64,000 bases of DNA from an uncultured Gemmatimonadota bacterium (lineage in GTDB: Bacteria; Gemmatimonadota; Gemmatimonadetes; Gemmatimonadales; Gemmatimonadaceae), in contig CADEDA010000003.1 of assembly GCA_902825965.1 (NCBI GenBank), positions 157,149-221,148 on the forward strand. Reading direction: 5' to 3'. Positions 39,820-47,951 of this stretch are shown here, piece after piece; within the stretch, counting starts at the first letter, position 1; every line of letters starts with the position of its first letter. The notes beneath the pieces are model-generated. The model saw only the letters and a list, made by a program, of their open reading frames with translations, did not search any database and was not told the DNA's origin. A program made the position numbers and the translations under genes.

Positions 39820-42721
39820 GCGCGCGGATGCCGTCCACCGCCCGCATCGCCTCGAAGCGGAGCACGGCGGCATCCTGCGGCTTCATCACGCCCGTCCACT
39901 CCATCAGGAACACCGCGCTCAGGAACACGCGCAGTGACCCGATCGCCTGCTCTTCCTTGCCCTTGCCGAGGAAGTGCTGCGCCTTGTCGAGCGCCCCATA
40001 GAGCAACTTCGCCCGCGTGGTCGTGAGCCGCCGCTGGTCCACCAGCGACCTCACGGCGTTGCGCGTGCGCGTGATCGCGGCCGTCGGCGGCAACTGCTTG
40101 GCCGAGACCTGCACGGTCGCCGTGTCCGCGAGGCCGCGGGCATCGGTCACGATGAGCCGCACGAGGAACTCCCCGGCGGTCGAGAACGTGTGCGCGATCG
40201 TCTCGCCCGAACCGAGCGTCCCGTCGCCGAAGTCCCACGCATAGGTGAGGGCGTCGCCGTCGGCGTCGGAGGACCCGGTGCCGGAGTAGAGCAGGGGATC
40301 CCCGAGGAAGGCGAACCGCTCACCGCTCGCCACCGCGACCGGCGCGCTCGACTCGCTCTCCACCGCGATCTCGATGTCGTCCCGCAGCAGCGCGAGCAGG
40401 TCGTATCCGCTGGCCTGTTCCACCGCGTCCACCGTGGTCTCGTAGGTCTCCCACGCGACACTGCGGATGCCCGGGTCGTTCGGCATGAGCACGGCGTACA
40501 CCATGAGGTCCTGCGGGCCGGTGATGTCGTCGAGGCCGGCGTTCCGCGGCAACACCACCGCGACCTTCCACGTCACGGCCGGGATGGTGATCTTGCCCTC
40601 GCCCTTCACGCTGCCCTTGCTGCCGGCGGCACCCGCGATGACGTACACCTCGCGGTCCGAGAAGCGCGCGAGGTCGCCCAGGAAGTTCTCGAACTGCGCC
40701 CACGGCCCCTGGTTGTTGTCGGAGGCCTGCGGGATGATGTTGGAGAAGTAGAACGTGGTCGCGTTGTCGAAGCTGCCCGTGGTGCGGTCGAACGAGCGCA
40801 CCAGGTGGCCGCGGTCGATGCCGTAGCCGGCCGCCGCGCCCGCGCCGGTGTAGTCGGCCGTGGTGTAGCGTCCCGCCGGCGCCAGCTCGGGGTCGTAGGT
40901 GAAGCAGTCGCAGCGGTCCTCGCTGCCGAAGTGCGAGGCCTCGAGGTTGTAGGTCACCCAGTTCGGGATGCCGCGCTGCGGGTTGAACGACGAGGTGTAG
41001 GTGCTGCGGCGGATGATGAAGTCGTTGCTCGCGTCGCTGTCCGTCGGCTCGCCGAACTCCGCATTGCCGAGGTAGCTCGCCGTGCTGCTCGCGACCGGTT
41101 CACGCGTCGGGAGCGAGTAGGTGCCCGTGGTGCCGTCGGCCGCGGTGGCCCGGAGCACCGCGGTGCCCACGCCCAGCGCGCGCATCACGCCGTTCGCGTC
41201 CACGCTGGCGATGGCTGGCGTCTCCGACGTCCAGGTGATCGTGGTCTCGAGCGTCGTGCCGGTGCCCGAGCGCAACGTCGCGAAGATCTGGTCCTCGAAG
41301 CCCACCGGCAGCGGCGAATCGCCCACCGTGCGGCCCGAGAAGGACAGGCTGTTGGCCGGCGGCGGCGCCGAGCCGGAGCCGTTGCAGGCACCGATGCTGG
41401 CCGCGACCGGGCCGCTCCACACGCCCAGCGAATCGCGCTGCAGCGACTGCCCGATCGGCGCGTTCGCCGGCTCGGAGACGCCGATGTCCGTCGAGGTCAT
41501 GCCGGCGGCCGGTCCGTTGGTCGCCGTGAGGGTGCCCTCGTACGACAGGAACTCGACCACCGTGCCCGACGCGTTCACCAACGCGAAGCCGTCCGCCGGG
41601 CCGTTCTGGATGCCGTTCGCCGGATACACCACGGCCACCACGCCGCGCCCGCTGCACATCGACGGGATCGCCCCGCTGAGCGCCGACGTGCCGTAGGTGA
41701 CACCGCCGGTCTGGTTGTAGAGCACCACCGACCAGCCCGTGAGGTCCGTCCCGGCCGGTCCTTCGATCTCGATCGCCTCGTTGAGGTCGGCGCCGTCGTT
41801 GTCGTAGTGGATCTCGCTGAAGCGCGTCGGCGGCAGCGTCACCACCGGCGCCTCCTCCACCGTCACCTCGGCGCTGGCCGTGAACGCGCCGGCCGTCGCG
41901 GTGATCATCACCGCGCCCATGCCGATGCCCGTCACGCGGCCGGTCGCATCGACCGAGGCGATGCCGCCGTCATCGGTCGTCCAGGTGAAGCTCACGCCGA
42001 CGATCGGCGCGTCCGCCGCGTCGAACGCCGTCGCCGTCAGCTGCACCGTCTCGCCTTCCGTGATAGTCGCGGTCGCCGGCGTCACCGCCACGCGCGCGAC
42101 CTCGGCCTCTTCGTCATTGGTGGTGCCGTCGTTGCAGGCGCCGAAGGTGTTGGCAGCCGGGGCGCTCCACGTGCCGTCCGGATTCCGCGCGACCGACTGG
42201 CCCAGCGGCGTGGACGTCGTCTCCGACACCAGGATGTCCGTCGAGAGGATGTCCGCCGCCGGACCGCTGCCGGCCGTGAACGTGCCCTCGTACGAGAGGA
42301 ACTCGACCGCCATGCCGGCGGCGTTCACCAGTGCGATGCCGTCCGGACTGCCGTTCTGGATGCCATCCACGGGGTAGGTGAGCACGACCACGCCGCGCTC
42401 GCCGCAGGTGGCCGGGACCACGCCGCTGAGGACCCGCGTGTTGTACGGCGCGAGGCTCGTCGCGGAACCGTTGTAGAGCACCACCGACCAGCCCGTCAGG
42501 TCAGTACCGGCCGGTGCGGAGATCTCGATCGTCTCGCCCGCGTCCGTGCCGACGTTGTCGTAATGGATCTCGGCGATGCGGATGCTGGTGCCGACCAGCG
42601 TGGCCTGTGGCGCCCCGCTGAGGCGCGTGCGCGACGGTCCGGTCGGGCCATCGCCCGAGCAGGAGAGGGCGACGAGGATGGCGGCCGCAGAGGCGGCGAC
42701 GCGGCGGAATGTAGGCATCAT
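39812..42721 (-). CDS. Large extracellular/lipoprotein nuclease: LTD - Big_2-like - LTD - Big-like - DNA/RNA non-specific endonuclease (NUC) - PKD - helical C-terminal domain
   Basis: Lipobox LVALSCSG. Two lamin-tail-like segments (IAEIHYDNVGTDAGETIEISAPAGTDLTGWSVVLYN / FSEIHYDNDGADLNEAIEIEGPAGTDLTGWSVVLYN). NUC active site GIDRGHLV and NIIPQ...NQGPW. PKD signature YAWDFGDGT. ATG at 42721. Confidence 0.85.
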   Translation of the reverse strand: MMPTFRRVAASAAAILVALSCSGDGPTGPSRTRLSGAPQATLVGTSIRIAEIHYDNVGTDAGETIEISAPAGTDLTGWSVVLYNGSATSLAPYNTRVLSGVVPATCGERGVVVLTYPVDGIQNGSPDGIALVNAAGMAVEFLSYEGTFTAGSGPAADILSTDILVSETTSTPLGQSVARNPDGTWSAPAANTFGACNDGTTNDEEAEVARVAVTPATATITEGETVQLTATAFDAADAPIVGVSFTWTTDDGGIASVDATGRVTGIGMGAVMITATAGAFTASAEVTVEEAPVVTLPPTRFSEIHYDNDGADLNEAIEIEGPAGTDLTGWSVVLYNQTGGVTYGTSALSGAIPSMCSGRGVVAVVYPANGIQNGPADGFALVNASGTVVEFLSYEGTLTATNGPAAGMTSTDIGVSEPANAPIGQSLQRDSLGVWSGPVAASIGACNGSGSAPPPANSLSFSGRTVGDSPLPVGFEDQIFATLRSGTGTTLETTITWTSETPAIASVDANGVMRALGVGTAVLRATAADGTTGTYSLPTREPVASSTASYLGNAEFGEPTDSDASNDFIIRRSTYTSSFNPQRGIPNWVTYNLEASHFGSEDRCDCFTYDPELAPAGRYTTADYTGAGAAAGYGIDRGHLVRSFDRTTGSFDNATTFYFSNIIPQASDNNQGPWAQFENFLGDLARFSDREVYVIAGAAGSKGSVKGEGKITIPAVTWKVAVVLPRNAGLDDITGPQDLMVYAVLMPNDPGIRSVAWETYETTVDAVEQASGYDLLALLRDDIEIAVESESSAPVAVASGERFAFLGDPLLYSGTGSSDADGDALTYAWDFGDGTLGSGETIAHTFSTAGEFLVRLIVTDARGLADTATVQVSAKQLPPTAAITRTRNAVRSLVDQRRLTTTRAKLLYGALDKAQHFLGKGKEEQAIGSLRVFLSAVFLMEWTGVMKPQDAAVLRFEAMRAVDGIRALN

Positions 42722-42874
42722 GGGACCCGGCTGGTGGGAAGGAACGACGGGGTGACGCGGATGTGTAGGCAGGGAGCCGATTTCGCGGCAAGATACGCCG
42801 CCCGCGATCGCTCCTGCCACCTTGCGGACTCGACGCTCGCGAACGGTTGACGTATCCGTTACCATCATCGAGTG

Positions 42875-43114
42875 ATGAATCGGCGCCTCCAAACCTACGA
42901 AGGTCACGGCATCACTGTGACTTTTGACCCGGAACGCTGCACACATTCAGCAAAATGTGTGCGCGGCCTTCCCGCCGTCTTCGACGTCAAACGCAAGCGC
43001 TGGGTCGACGTCACGGCCGCCACCGCGGACGAGATCGAGGCCCAGGTGGCGCGCTGTCCCTCCGGGGCACTGCAGTGCACCCGTTCATCAACGCCGGACC
43101 CCGCGGGATCGTAG
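42875..43114 (+). CDS. Small divergent 4Fe-4S mono-cluster-type (Fer4_19-like) protein
   Basis: 79 aa with GITVTFDPERCTHSAKCVRGLPAVFD...RCPSGAL, the cysteine spacing typical of this small family. Confidence 0.55.
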   Translation: MNRRLQTYEGHGITVTFDPERCTHSAKCVRGLPAVFDVKRKRWVDVTAATADEIEAQVARCPSGALQCTRSSTPDPAGS

Positions 43115-43173
43115 TCCCCGCATCGACGTGCGGTGCTGCCGCACGAGTTCCTTCGGCCCTCGCGACTGATTCC

Positions 43174-45240
43174 GTGCCCCACTCGCGCGTCTCTTCCGCC
43201 GCGACCCGCGCCTACGCCACGCTGCCGCTCGCCGCGCTGCTGCTCGCCGCGCTGCTGCTCGCCGCGCTCGTTTCGCCGCTGTCCGCCCAGCAGGTGCCGC
43301 CGCGCGACAGCAGCGCACAGACGATCGAACCCCAGGTCGTCCGCGGCGCACGCGGCGCCACGACCGTGGGAGGTGCCTCGGCCGTCATCGTCCGGCCGGA
43401 CTCCGCGCGCCTCGCGCCCGCACCCACGCTCGGCGACCTGCTGCGCACCATTCCGCTGGTCCTCGTGCGCACCAACTCGCGGGGGGAGATCGAACTCTCC
43501 GTGCGCGGCTCCGAGAGCCGTCAGGTCGGTGTCGCGCTCAACGGACTGCCGCTCTCGCCGGGCTGGGACGGGCGCGCCGACCCGGGCCTCATCCCGCTCA
43601 CCGGCATCTCGCAGGTCTCCTATGTGCGGTCCACGGCCACCGTGCTCGGCGGGCCGAACACCTTGGGCGGCATGCTCGACCTCTCGCTCGACGCCGCACC
43701 CGCGGAGCGCCGCGAACAGCAGCTCTCGCTGGGCACCGACCACACGGGCGCACGGCTCGCCTCGGGCGGTGTCGCTGCCACCCGCGACCTCGGACACTCG
43801 CAGCTCTCGTGGCGCGTGGGCGCGGGGCTGCGGCAGCGCGACGGACTGGTCATCGCGAAGGGCGTGGTCGATCCCGTCGCCGGTGCGGAGCTCCGCAGCA
43901 ACACGGATTCACGTACCGCGGACCTGTTCGCGTCGCTGGGATGGCGTTCGGCCAACGGTGCCGCCGTGAGTGCCATGGCCAGCGGGTATGACGCCATGCG
44001 CGGCGTGGCCCCGGAGCTTCATCTCAGCGCACCGCGCTACTGGCGCTACCCGGAGCAGTCACGGCGCCTCCTTCAGGTGCGCACAAGCCTGCCGCGCCTG
44101 CACTCGGCACTCGGCACGACGGAGGTCGAGGTCGGCGGCGGCGTGCTCCGCGGGACCACCCGCATCGCGACGTTCAGCGATGCCACCTACACCACGCAGA
44201 GCGGGTCCGAGGCCGGCGAAGAGCAGGTGAACAACGCCCGCCTCGCACTCACGCAGACCTTCGCCCGCGGCGTGCAGCTCAAGGCGGCGGTCACCGGGAA
44301 CAACATTCTCTACGACGAGACGCTCAACGCCGCGGCCGCCGCGCACTATCGTCAGGACCTCATCAGTGCGGGCGTCGAGACCAGCTTCATCCTCGGGACG
44401 CGCACGCTGGTGAGCGGCGGCGTCGTGCTCGACCAGGCGTCCTCGATCGCCGCCGGGGGACGCCCCCCGCTCGCGACCAAGGCGCTGACGGGCTTCCGGC
44501 TGGGCGCCACGCATCAGCTGAGCGCCACGGCGCGCCTGCATGCGAGTGCCAGCAAGCGCGGCCGATTCCCTGCGTTGCGGGAGCTGTACTCGGGTGCGGT
44601 CAATCGGTTCGAACCCAATCCGGACCTCCGGCCCGAGAACCTGCTCGCCACCGAAGCCGGGGTCTCGTTCGGCGATCCGACGACGCAGGACGGCCTCAGC
44701 CTGCAGTTCGTCGGGTTCCACCATTGGCTGGACGACGGGATCGTCCGCACCAACTTCGGGGCCACCAACCGATTCATCCGCATCAATCGTGACGAGACCC
44801 GCACGGCGGGCCTCGAGACCATGCTGAGCTGGTACGGTGCGACGCCCGGCCGCAGCCTCACACTCGACCTCGTCGCGCAGCAGGTGCGCATCCGCGACGC
44901 CGCCGCGGGCGGCCCGACGCGCAAGCCCGAGCACATGCCGGACTTCCGCGCCATGCTCGACGGCACCGTGCCGCTCGGCCGCGGTGTGATCATCGGGGCG
45001 AACCTCTCCCACATCGGGAGCCAGTTCTGCGTCAACCCGAACTCGGGGCGCGATGCGCGCCTCGACGCGCAGACCGTCAGCGCCATCACCGCCCACCGCA
45101 GCCAGCCGGTGCACCTGGCGGGCTTCCGCTCACTGCGCATCCTCGCCGGGGTCGACAACCTCACCGACGCCGCCGTGTATGAGCAGTGCGGCCTCCCGCG
45201 CGCCGGCCGCACGGTTCGGATCGGGTTCGACCTGCATTAG
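43174..45240 (+). CDS. TonB-dependent outer-membrane receptor
   Basis: Signal LPLAALLLAALLLAALVSPLSAQ. Plug motifs (LGDLLRTIPLV.VR....GE.ELSVRGSESRQV.V.LNG.PL) and beta-barrel repeats follow. The start is uncertain (GTG at 43174; the track start at 42955 overlaps the previous gene). Confidence 0.8.
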   Translation: MPHSRVSSAATRAYATLPLAALLLAALLLAALVSPLSAQQVPPRDSSAQTIEPQVVRGARGATTVGGASAVIVRPDSARLAPAPTLGDLLRTIPLVLVRTNSRGEIELSVRGSESRQVGVALNGLPLSPGWDGRADPGLIPLTGISQVSYVRSTATVLGGPNTLGGMLDLSLDAAPAERREQQLSLGTDHTGARLASGGVAATRDLGHSQLSWRVGAGLRQRDGLVIAKGVVDPVAGAELRSNTDSRTADLFASLGWRSANGAAVSAMASGYDAMRGVAPELHLSAPRYWRYPEQSRRLLQVRTSLPRLHSALGTTEVEVGGGVLRGTTRIATFSDATYTTQSGSEAGEEQVNNARLALTQTFARGVQLKAAVTGNNILYDETLNAAAAAHYRQDLISAGVETSFILGTRTLVSGGVVLDQASSIAAGGRPPLATKALTGFRLGATHQLSATARLHASASKRGRFPALRELYSGAVNRFEPNPDLRPENLLATEAGVSFGDPTTQDGLSLQFVGFHHWLDDGIVRTNFGATNRFIRINRDETRTAGLETMLSWYGATPGRSLTLDLVAQQVRIRDAAAGGPTRKPEHMPDFRAMLDGTVPLGRGVIIGANLSHIGSQFCVNPNSGRDARLDAQTVSAITAHRSQPVHLAGFRSLRILAGVDNLTDAAVYEQCGLPRAGRTVRIGFDLH
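43228..43268. repeat. 15-bp tandem repeat (ctcgccgcgctgctg, ~2.7 copies) inside the receptor signal peptide
   Basis: Two identical units at 43228-43242 and 43243-43257, plus 11 nt of a third. They encode (LAALL)n. Confidence 0.85.
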
Positions 45241-45339
45241 GGCGCTCCACGGCACGGGGAAACCGCGGTCGACGCCACGCCGTATCTTCCCTGCATCCGG
45301 GCACGACGCGCCCGCCGGCCCCCTCAGCTCGCCGACCCC

Positions 45340-46002
45340 ATGCCTGTCCTCGTTCCGATCCTCGCGCTGCCGCAGGGCGCCGTCTCCGGTACTCCGGCGC
45401 CACTGCCCGGGCCGCCGCCGCCGCCAACCTCGAACCCGTCGGCGATCTACGAGGGGTTGGTCAACCAGCGCAACGTGCTCCGGTCGCAACTCGACGACCT
45501 GAGCGAGCTGCGACAGGAGGTCCGCCGCGAGATGAACTCGGCGGTCGGCGACGTGGACAAGACGGGCTTGGAGCAGCGACTCAACGGCGTCGACGTGCGC
45601 ATCGCGCAGGTCACGATCCAGCTCGCCGAGGTGGATGCCAAGGTGGCCGTCGCGGCGGGGGTGCCCGGCGCGATCGTGGACACGCCACCGCCGTTCGAGC
45701 CCGGCAATCGCGACGAACTCATCGCGATGGGCATCGCGTTCGGGACGCTGCTCTCGCTTCCGATCATCATCGCGTACGCGCGCCGCATCTGGAATCGTGG
45801 TGGGGCGGCGCCGGCGGCGTTGCCGCAGGACGTCTCCGAGCGGATCCGCGCGATGGAGCGCTCGCTCGACGCGGTGGCGGTGGAGGTCGAGCGCATCGGC
45901 GAGGGACAGCGATTCGTCACGCAGTTGCTCGCTGCCCGCGCCGAAGAGGCGAAGGTGGCCCTGCCAGCCTCGCGCGATCGCGCCGAGCCGCGGACGCCGT
46001 AG
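45340..46002 (+). CDS. Hypothetical single-pass membrane protein with coiled-coil segments on both sides of the TM
   Basis: Pro-rich N-terminus, heptad-like LRSQLDDLSELRQEVRREM, TM segment LIAMGIAFGTLLSLPIIIAYA, and a second helical region. High GC3. Confidence 0.55.
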   Translation: MPVLVPILALPQGAVSGTPAPLPGPPPPPTSNPSAIYEGLVNQRNVLRSQLDDLSELRQEVRREMNSAVGDVDKTGLEQRLNGVDVRIAQVTIQLAEVDAKVAVAAGVPGAIVDTPPPFEPGNRDELIAMGIAFGTLLSLPIIIAYARRIWNRGGAAPAALPQDVSERIRAMERSLDAVAVEVERIGEGQRFVTQLLAARAEEAKVALPASRDRAEPRTP

Positions 46003-46021
46003 CCGCGGACGCCGTAGCCGC
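45986..46021. repeat. 15-bp tandem duplication (agccgcggacgccgt x2 plus a partial unit) that duplicates the stop codon
   Basis: 45986-46000 is identical to 46001-46015. TAG occurs at 46000-46002 and again at 46015-46017. Confidence 0.85.
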
Positions 46022-46080
46022 CCGGCCCCTCGCGCCGCCGGCGGGGTCCGCCCTCGGGCGAGCCGACCCATATTTGGGCG

Positions 46081-47187
46081 GTGACTGCGACGCTTCCGCC
46101 GATCAATCCACGTCAGCGGACGGCGCTGCTGCGCTGGTGCGCGCCGCAGCGGCCGTCAGGCGCCGCCCCGCCGCTGGACGCCCGGGAGTGGTCGGAGCTG
46201 GTGGACGTCGCCACCGCACTCGGCGTCGCTGGCTACCTGTTCCTGAACCTGCGTGCGGACCCCGCACACGCCGGCATGCCCGCGGACGTCTGGTCGCGAC
46301 TCAGCGCCACCTACTACGCCTTTGCGGCCGCAAATGCCGAGATCCTCGCCGGGCTCGGACCCATTCTCGAGGCCTTCGATCAGCGTGGCATCCGCGTGAT
46401 CGTGTTGAAGGGGGCCGCGCTCGCGGAACTCGTACACGGCAACGTCGCGATGCGCCCGATGTTCGACGTGGACCTGCTGGTGGCCGAGTCGGATGTGCCG
46501 TCCGCTGCGGCGCTGCTCGCGTCGCAGGGATTCGTGCCGGACGAACGCTACCGTCCCGCGGAATGGTACGAGCAGGAGCTGCATCACCTCGCACCGTTCC
46601 GTCGCGGGCGCCTGACGATCGAGTTGCACCGCGAACTGCTGCCGCCGTGGGCGCCGCTTGCCGCCACCACGGCGGAACTCTGGGCGCGTGCGGAGCCGCG
46701 GGCGATCGCGGGCGCCAAGGCCATGGTGCTCGAAGCCCATGACTTCCTGCACCACGTGGTGCTGCACGCCGCACACTCGCACCAGTTCCTGCGCGGCCTG
46801 CGTGACCTTCACGACCTCGATGTACTGCAGCGCAGTCTCGGCGCGCGGCTCCAGTGGGAGACCGTGTTGGCACGGAGCGGCGGGGCGGAACGCGCGTGGC
46901 TGGCCGTCCTCGGGTTCCGGGAGCGACTGGGACTCGACCGCGCCCCGTCCGGGGTTGTTGCCGCCCTGCGTCGGCGCGGGCGCGTGGGACGCCTGGAGCG
47001 CGTGATGCTCGGCTGGGCGGCATGGCCGCTGCTCACGTACACGGGCGGGGGCGGCCTGCTGCCAGCGTGGATGCGCCGCATCGCGGTGATGCTGCTCCTG
47101 GAGCGTCGCGGCTGGGCGTCCCGACTCCTGCGGTTCGTGCGGCTGGTCGCCGACGCGCGGAAAAGCGACGAGGCGGCGAGGGCCTGA
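46081..47187 (+). CDS. Uncharacterised nucleotidyltransferase family protein (NTP_transf_5 / PF14907-like)
   Basis: IRVIVLKGAALAELVHGNVAMRPMFDVDLLVAESD..AAALLASQGF is the family's hallmark K-G...R...D-x-D-L-L-V block. GTG start. Confidence 0.75.
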   Translation: MTATLPPINPRQRTALLRWCAPQRPSGAAPPLDAREWSELVDVATALGVAGYLFLNLRADPAHAGMPADVWSRLSATYYAFAAANAEILAGLGPILEAFDQRGIRVIVLKGAALAELVHGNVAMRPMFDVDLLVAESDVPSAAALLASQGFVPDERYRPAEWYEQELHHLAPFRRGRLTIELHRELLPPWAPLAATTAELWARAEPRAIAGAKAMVLEAHDFLHHVVLHAAHSHQFLRGLRDLHDLDVLQRSLGARLQWETVLARSGGAERAWLAVLGFRERLGLDRAPSGVVAALRRRGRVGRLERVMLGWAAWPLLTYTGGGGLLPAWMRRIAVMLLLERRGWASRLLRFVRLVADARKSDEAARA

Positions 47188-47225
47188 GCCCCCGCCGCCT
47201 CGTGGACTGGCGTGACCAGCGGCGA

Positions 47226-47390
47226 CTAGATGTCGTCGCTGCCACCGGCGTCGGAACCGGTCTGCGCGAGCGAAGCGCGCGGGATCCCCACCGCGAGCAC
47301 GACCGGAACGATCCAGCCAGCGCGCAGGAGCGCCCGGCGGCTTACCTTGGTCTCCGCCGCGGACGCCAGTGCGTTCAACTCTTTCTCCAT
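47226..47390 (-). CDS. Unlisted 54-codon gene: twin-arginine (Tat)-type signal peptide followed by a ~12-residue acidic Ser/Gly tail (MEKELNALASAAETKVSRRALLRAGWIVPVVLAVGIPRASLAQTGSDAGGSDDI)
   Basis: My own translation of the minus strand. The ATG (47390-47388) is preceded by GGGGGGAG directly upstream of the ATG. GC3 is ~85% (46 of 54 codons), close to the real genes here. S-R-R-x-L-L-R, then a hydrophobic stretch, then A-S-L-A/Q. It is below the apparent ~60-aa floor of the supplied ORF track. Confidence 0.6.
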   Translation of the reverse strand: MEKELNALASAAETKVSRRALLRAGWIVPVVLAVGIPRASLAQTGSDAGGSDDI

Positions 47391-47624
47391 CTCCCCCCCG
47401 GAACATGTGAACCCACACGTGCACCCACCCTCGTGGCCGAGGACCGCAATCGTGGTGCCGTCCCGTCAGTTTGCCGTAAGTGACTGTGGGTGAATAAGTT
47501 GGGTTGTATCGGCAGGTCTCGTAACTGCTGCGTCGGTGCCACAGAATGTCGGTGGCCACCCCGTGTTGCCTGAAGCCTGCACGCATCGTTCATCGCTCGA
47601 GCCCCCATCCAACTTCCACACCCG

Positions 47625-47951
47625 ATGTCGCCGAACGAAGTGCCGGATGACCAGCCCCTCGCGTTGCCGTTTGACGCGACGAGCGCCACCACACCGCGCC
47701 GCGCCGCGGGCGTCCGCGAGTTCCCCCTCGGCACCGAGGATCTTCTGCTCTTCGCGGAGGGTCGCCAGGTCGTGCACACGCTCAATCTTTCCGCCTGGGC
47801 GGTCTGGGACCTCTGCGACGGGAGCCGCAGCGTCGAGAGCATCGCGGCGGAACTGGCCGCCGAGGTGGGGCGTCCGGTCGCCGAGATCGAGCGCGACGTC
47901 CTGAGCACGGTGCAGCAACTCGGCAGTCTCGGGCTCCTGCTGGCCTCGTGA
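47625..47951 (+). CDS. PqqD-family protein (RiPP recognition element-type peptide chaperone)
   Basis: 108 aa. HTLNLSAWAVWDLCDGSRSVESIAAELAAEVGRPVAEIERDVLSTVQQLGSLGLL matches the PqqD pattern (LN..A..IW.L.DG..t..eI...L...). Confidence 0.8.
   Translation: MSPNEVPDDQPLALPFDATSATTPRRAAGVREFPLGTEDLLLFAEGRQVVHTLNLSAWAVWDLCDGSRSVESIAAELAAEVGRPVAEIERDVLSTVQQLGSLGLLLAS

Noticed and set aside
39974-42850. The 958-aa plus-strand ORF opposite the nuclease gene. The same applies to 51048..52904 (-), 53612..55426 (-), 55604..57301 (-), 56889..58448 (-), 58040..59701 (-), 60505..62667 (-), 34599..36446 (-), 46156..47586 (-) and 7166..8884 (-).
   Set aside because: All are antisense to genes with strong family signatures and have the Arg/Gly/Asp/His-rich shadow-frame composition. 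None has a motif I recognise.
47546-47650. A 34-codon plus-strand ORF (MSVATPCCLKPARIVHRSSPHPTSTPDVAERSAG) overlapping the PqqD start, as a possible precursor peptide.
   Set aside because: GC3 is ~59% and it has no Shine-Dalgarno sequence. It overlaps the PqqD initiation region out of frame, so it is most likely non-coding leader sequence.
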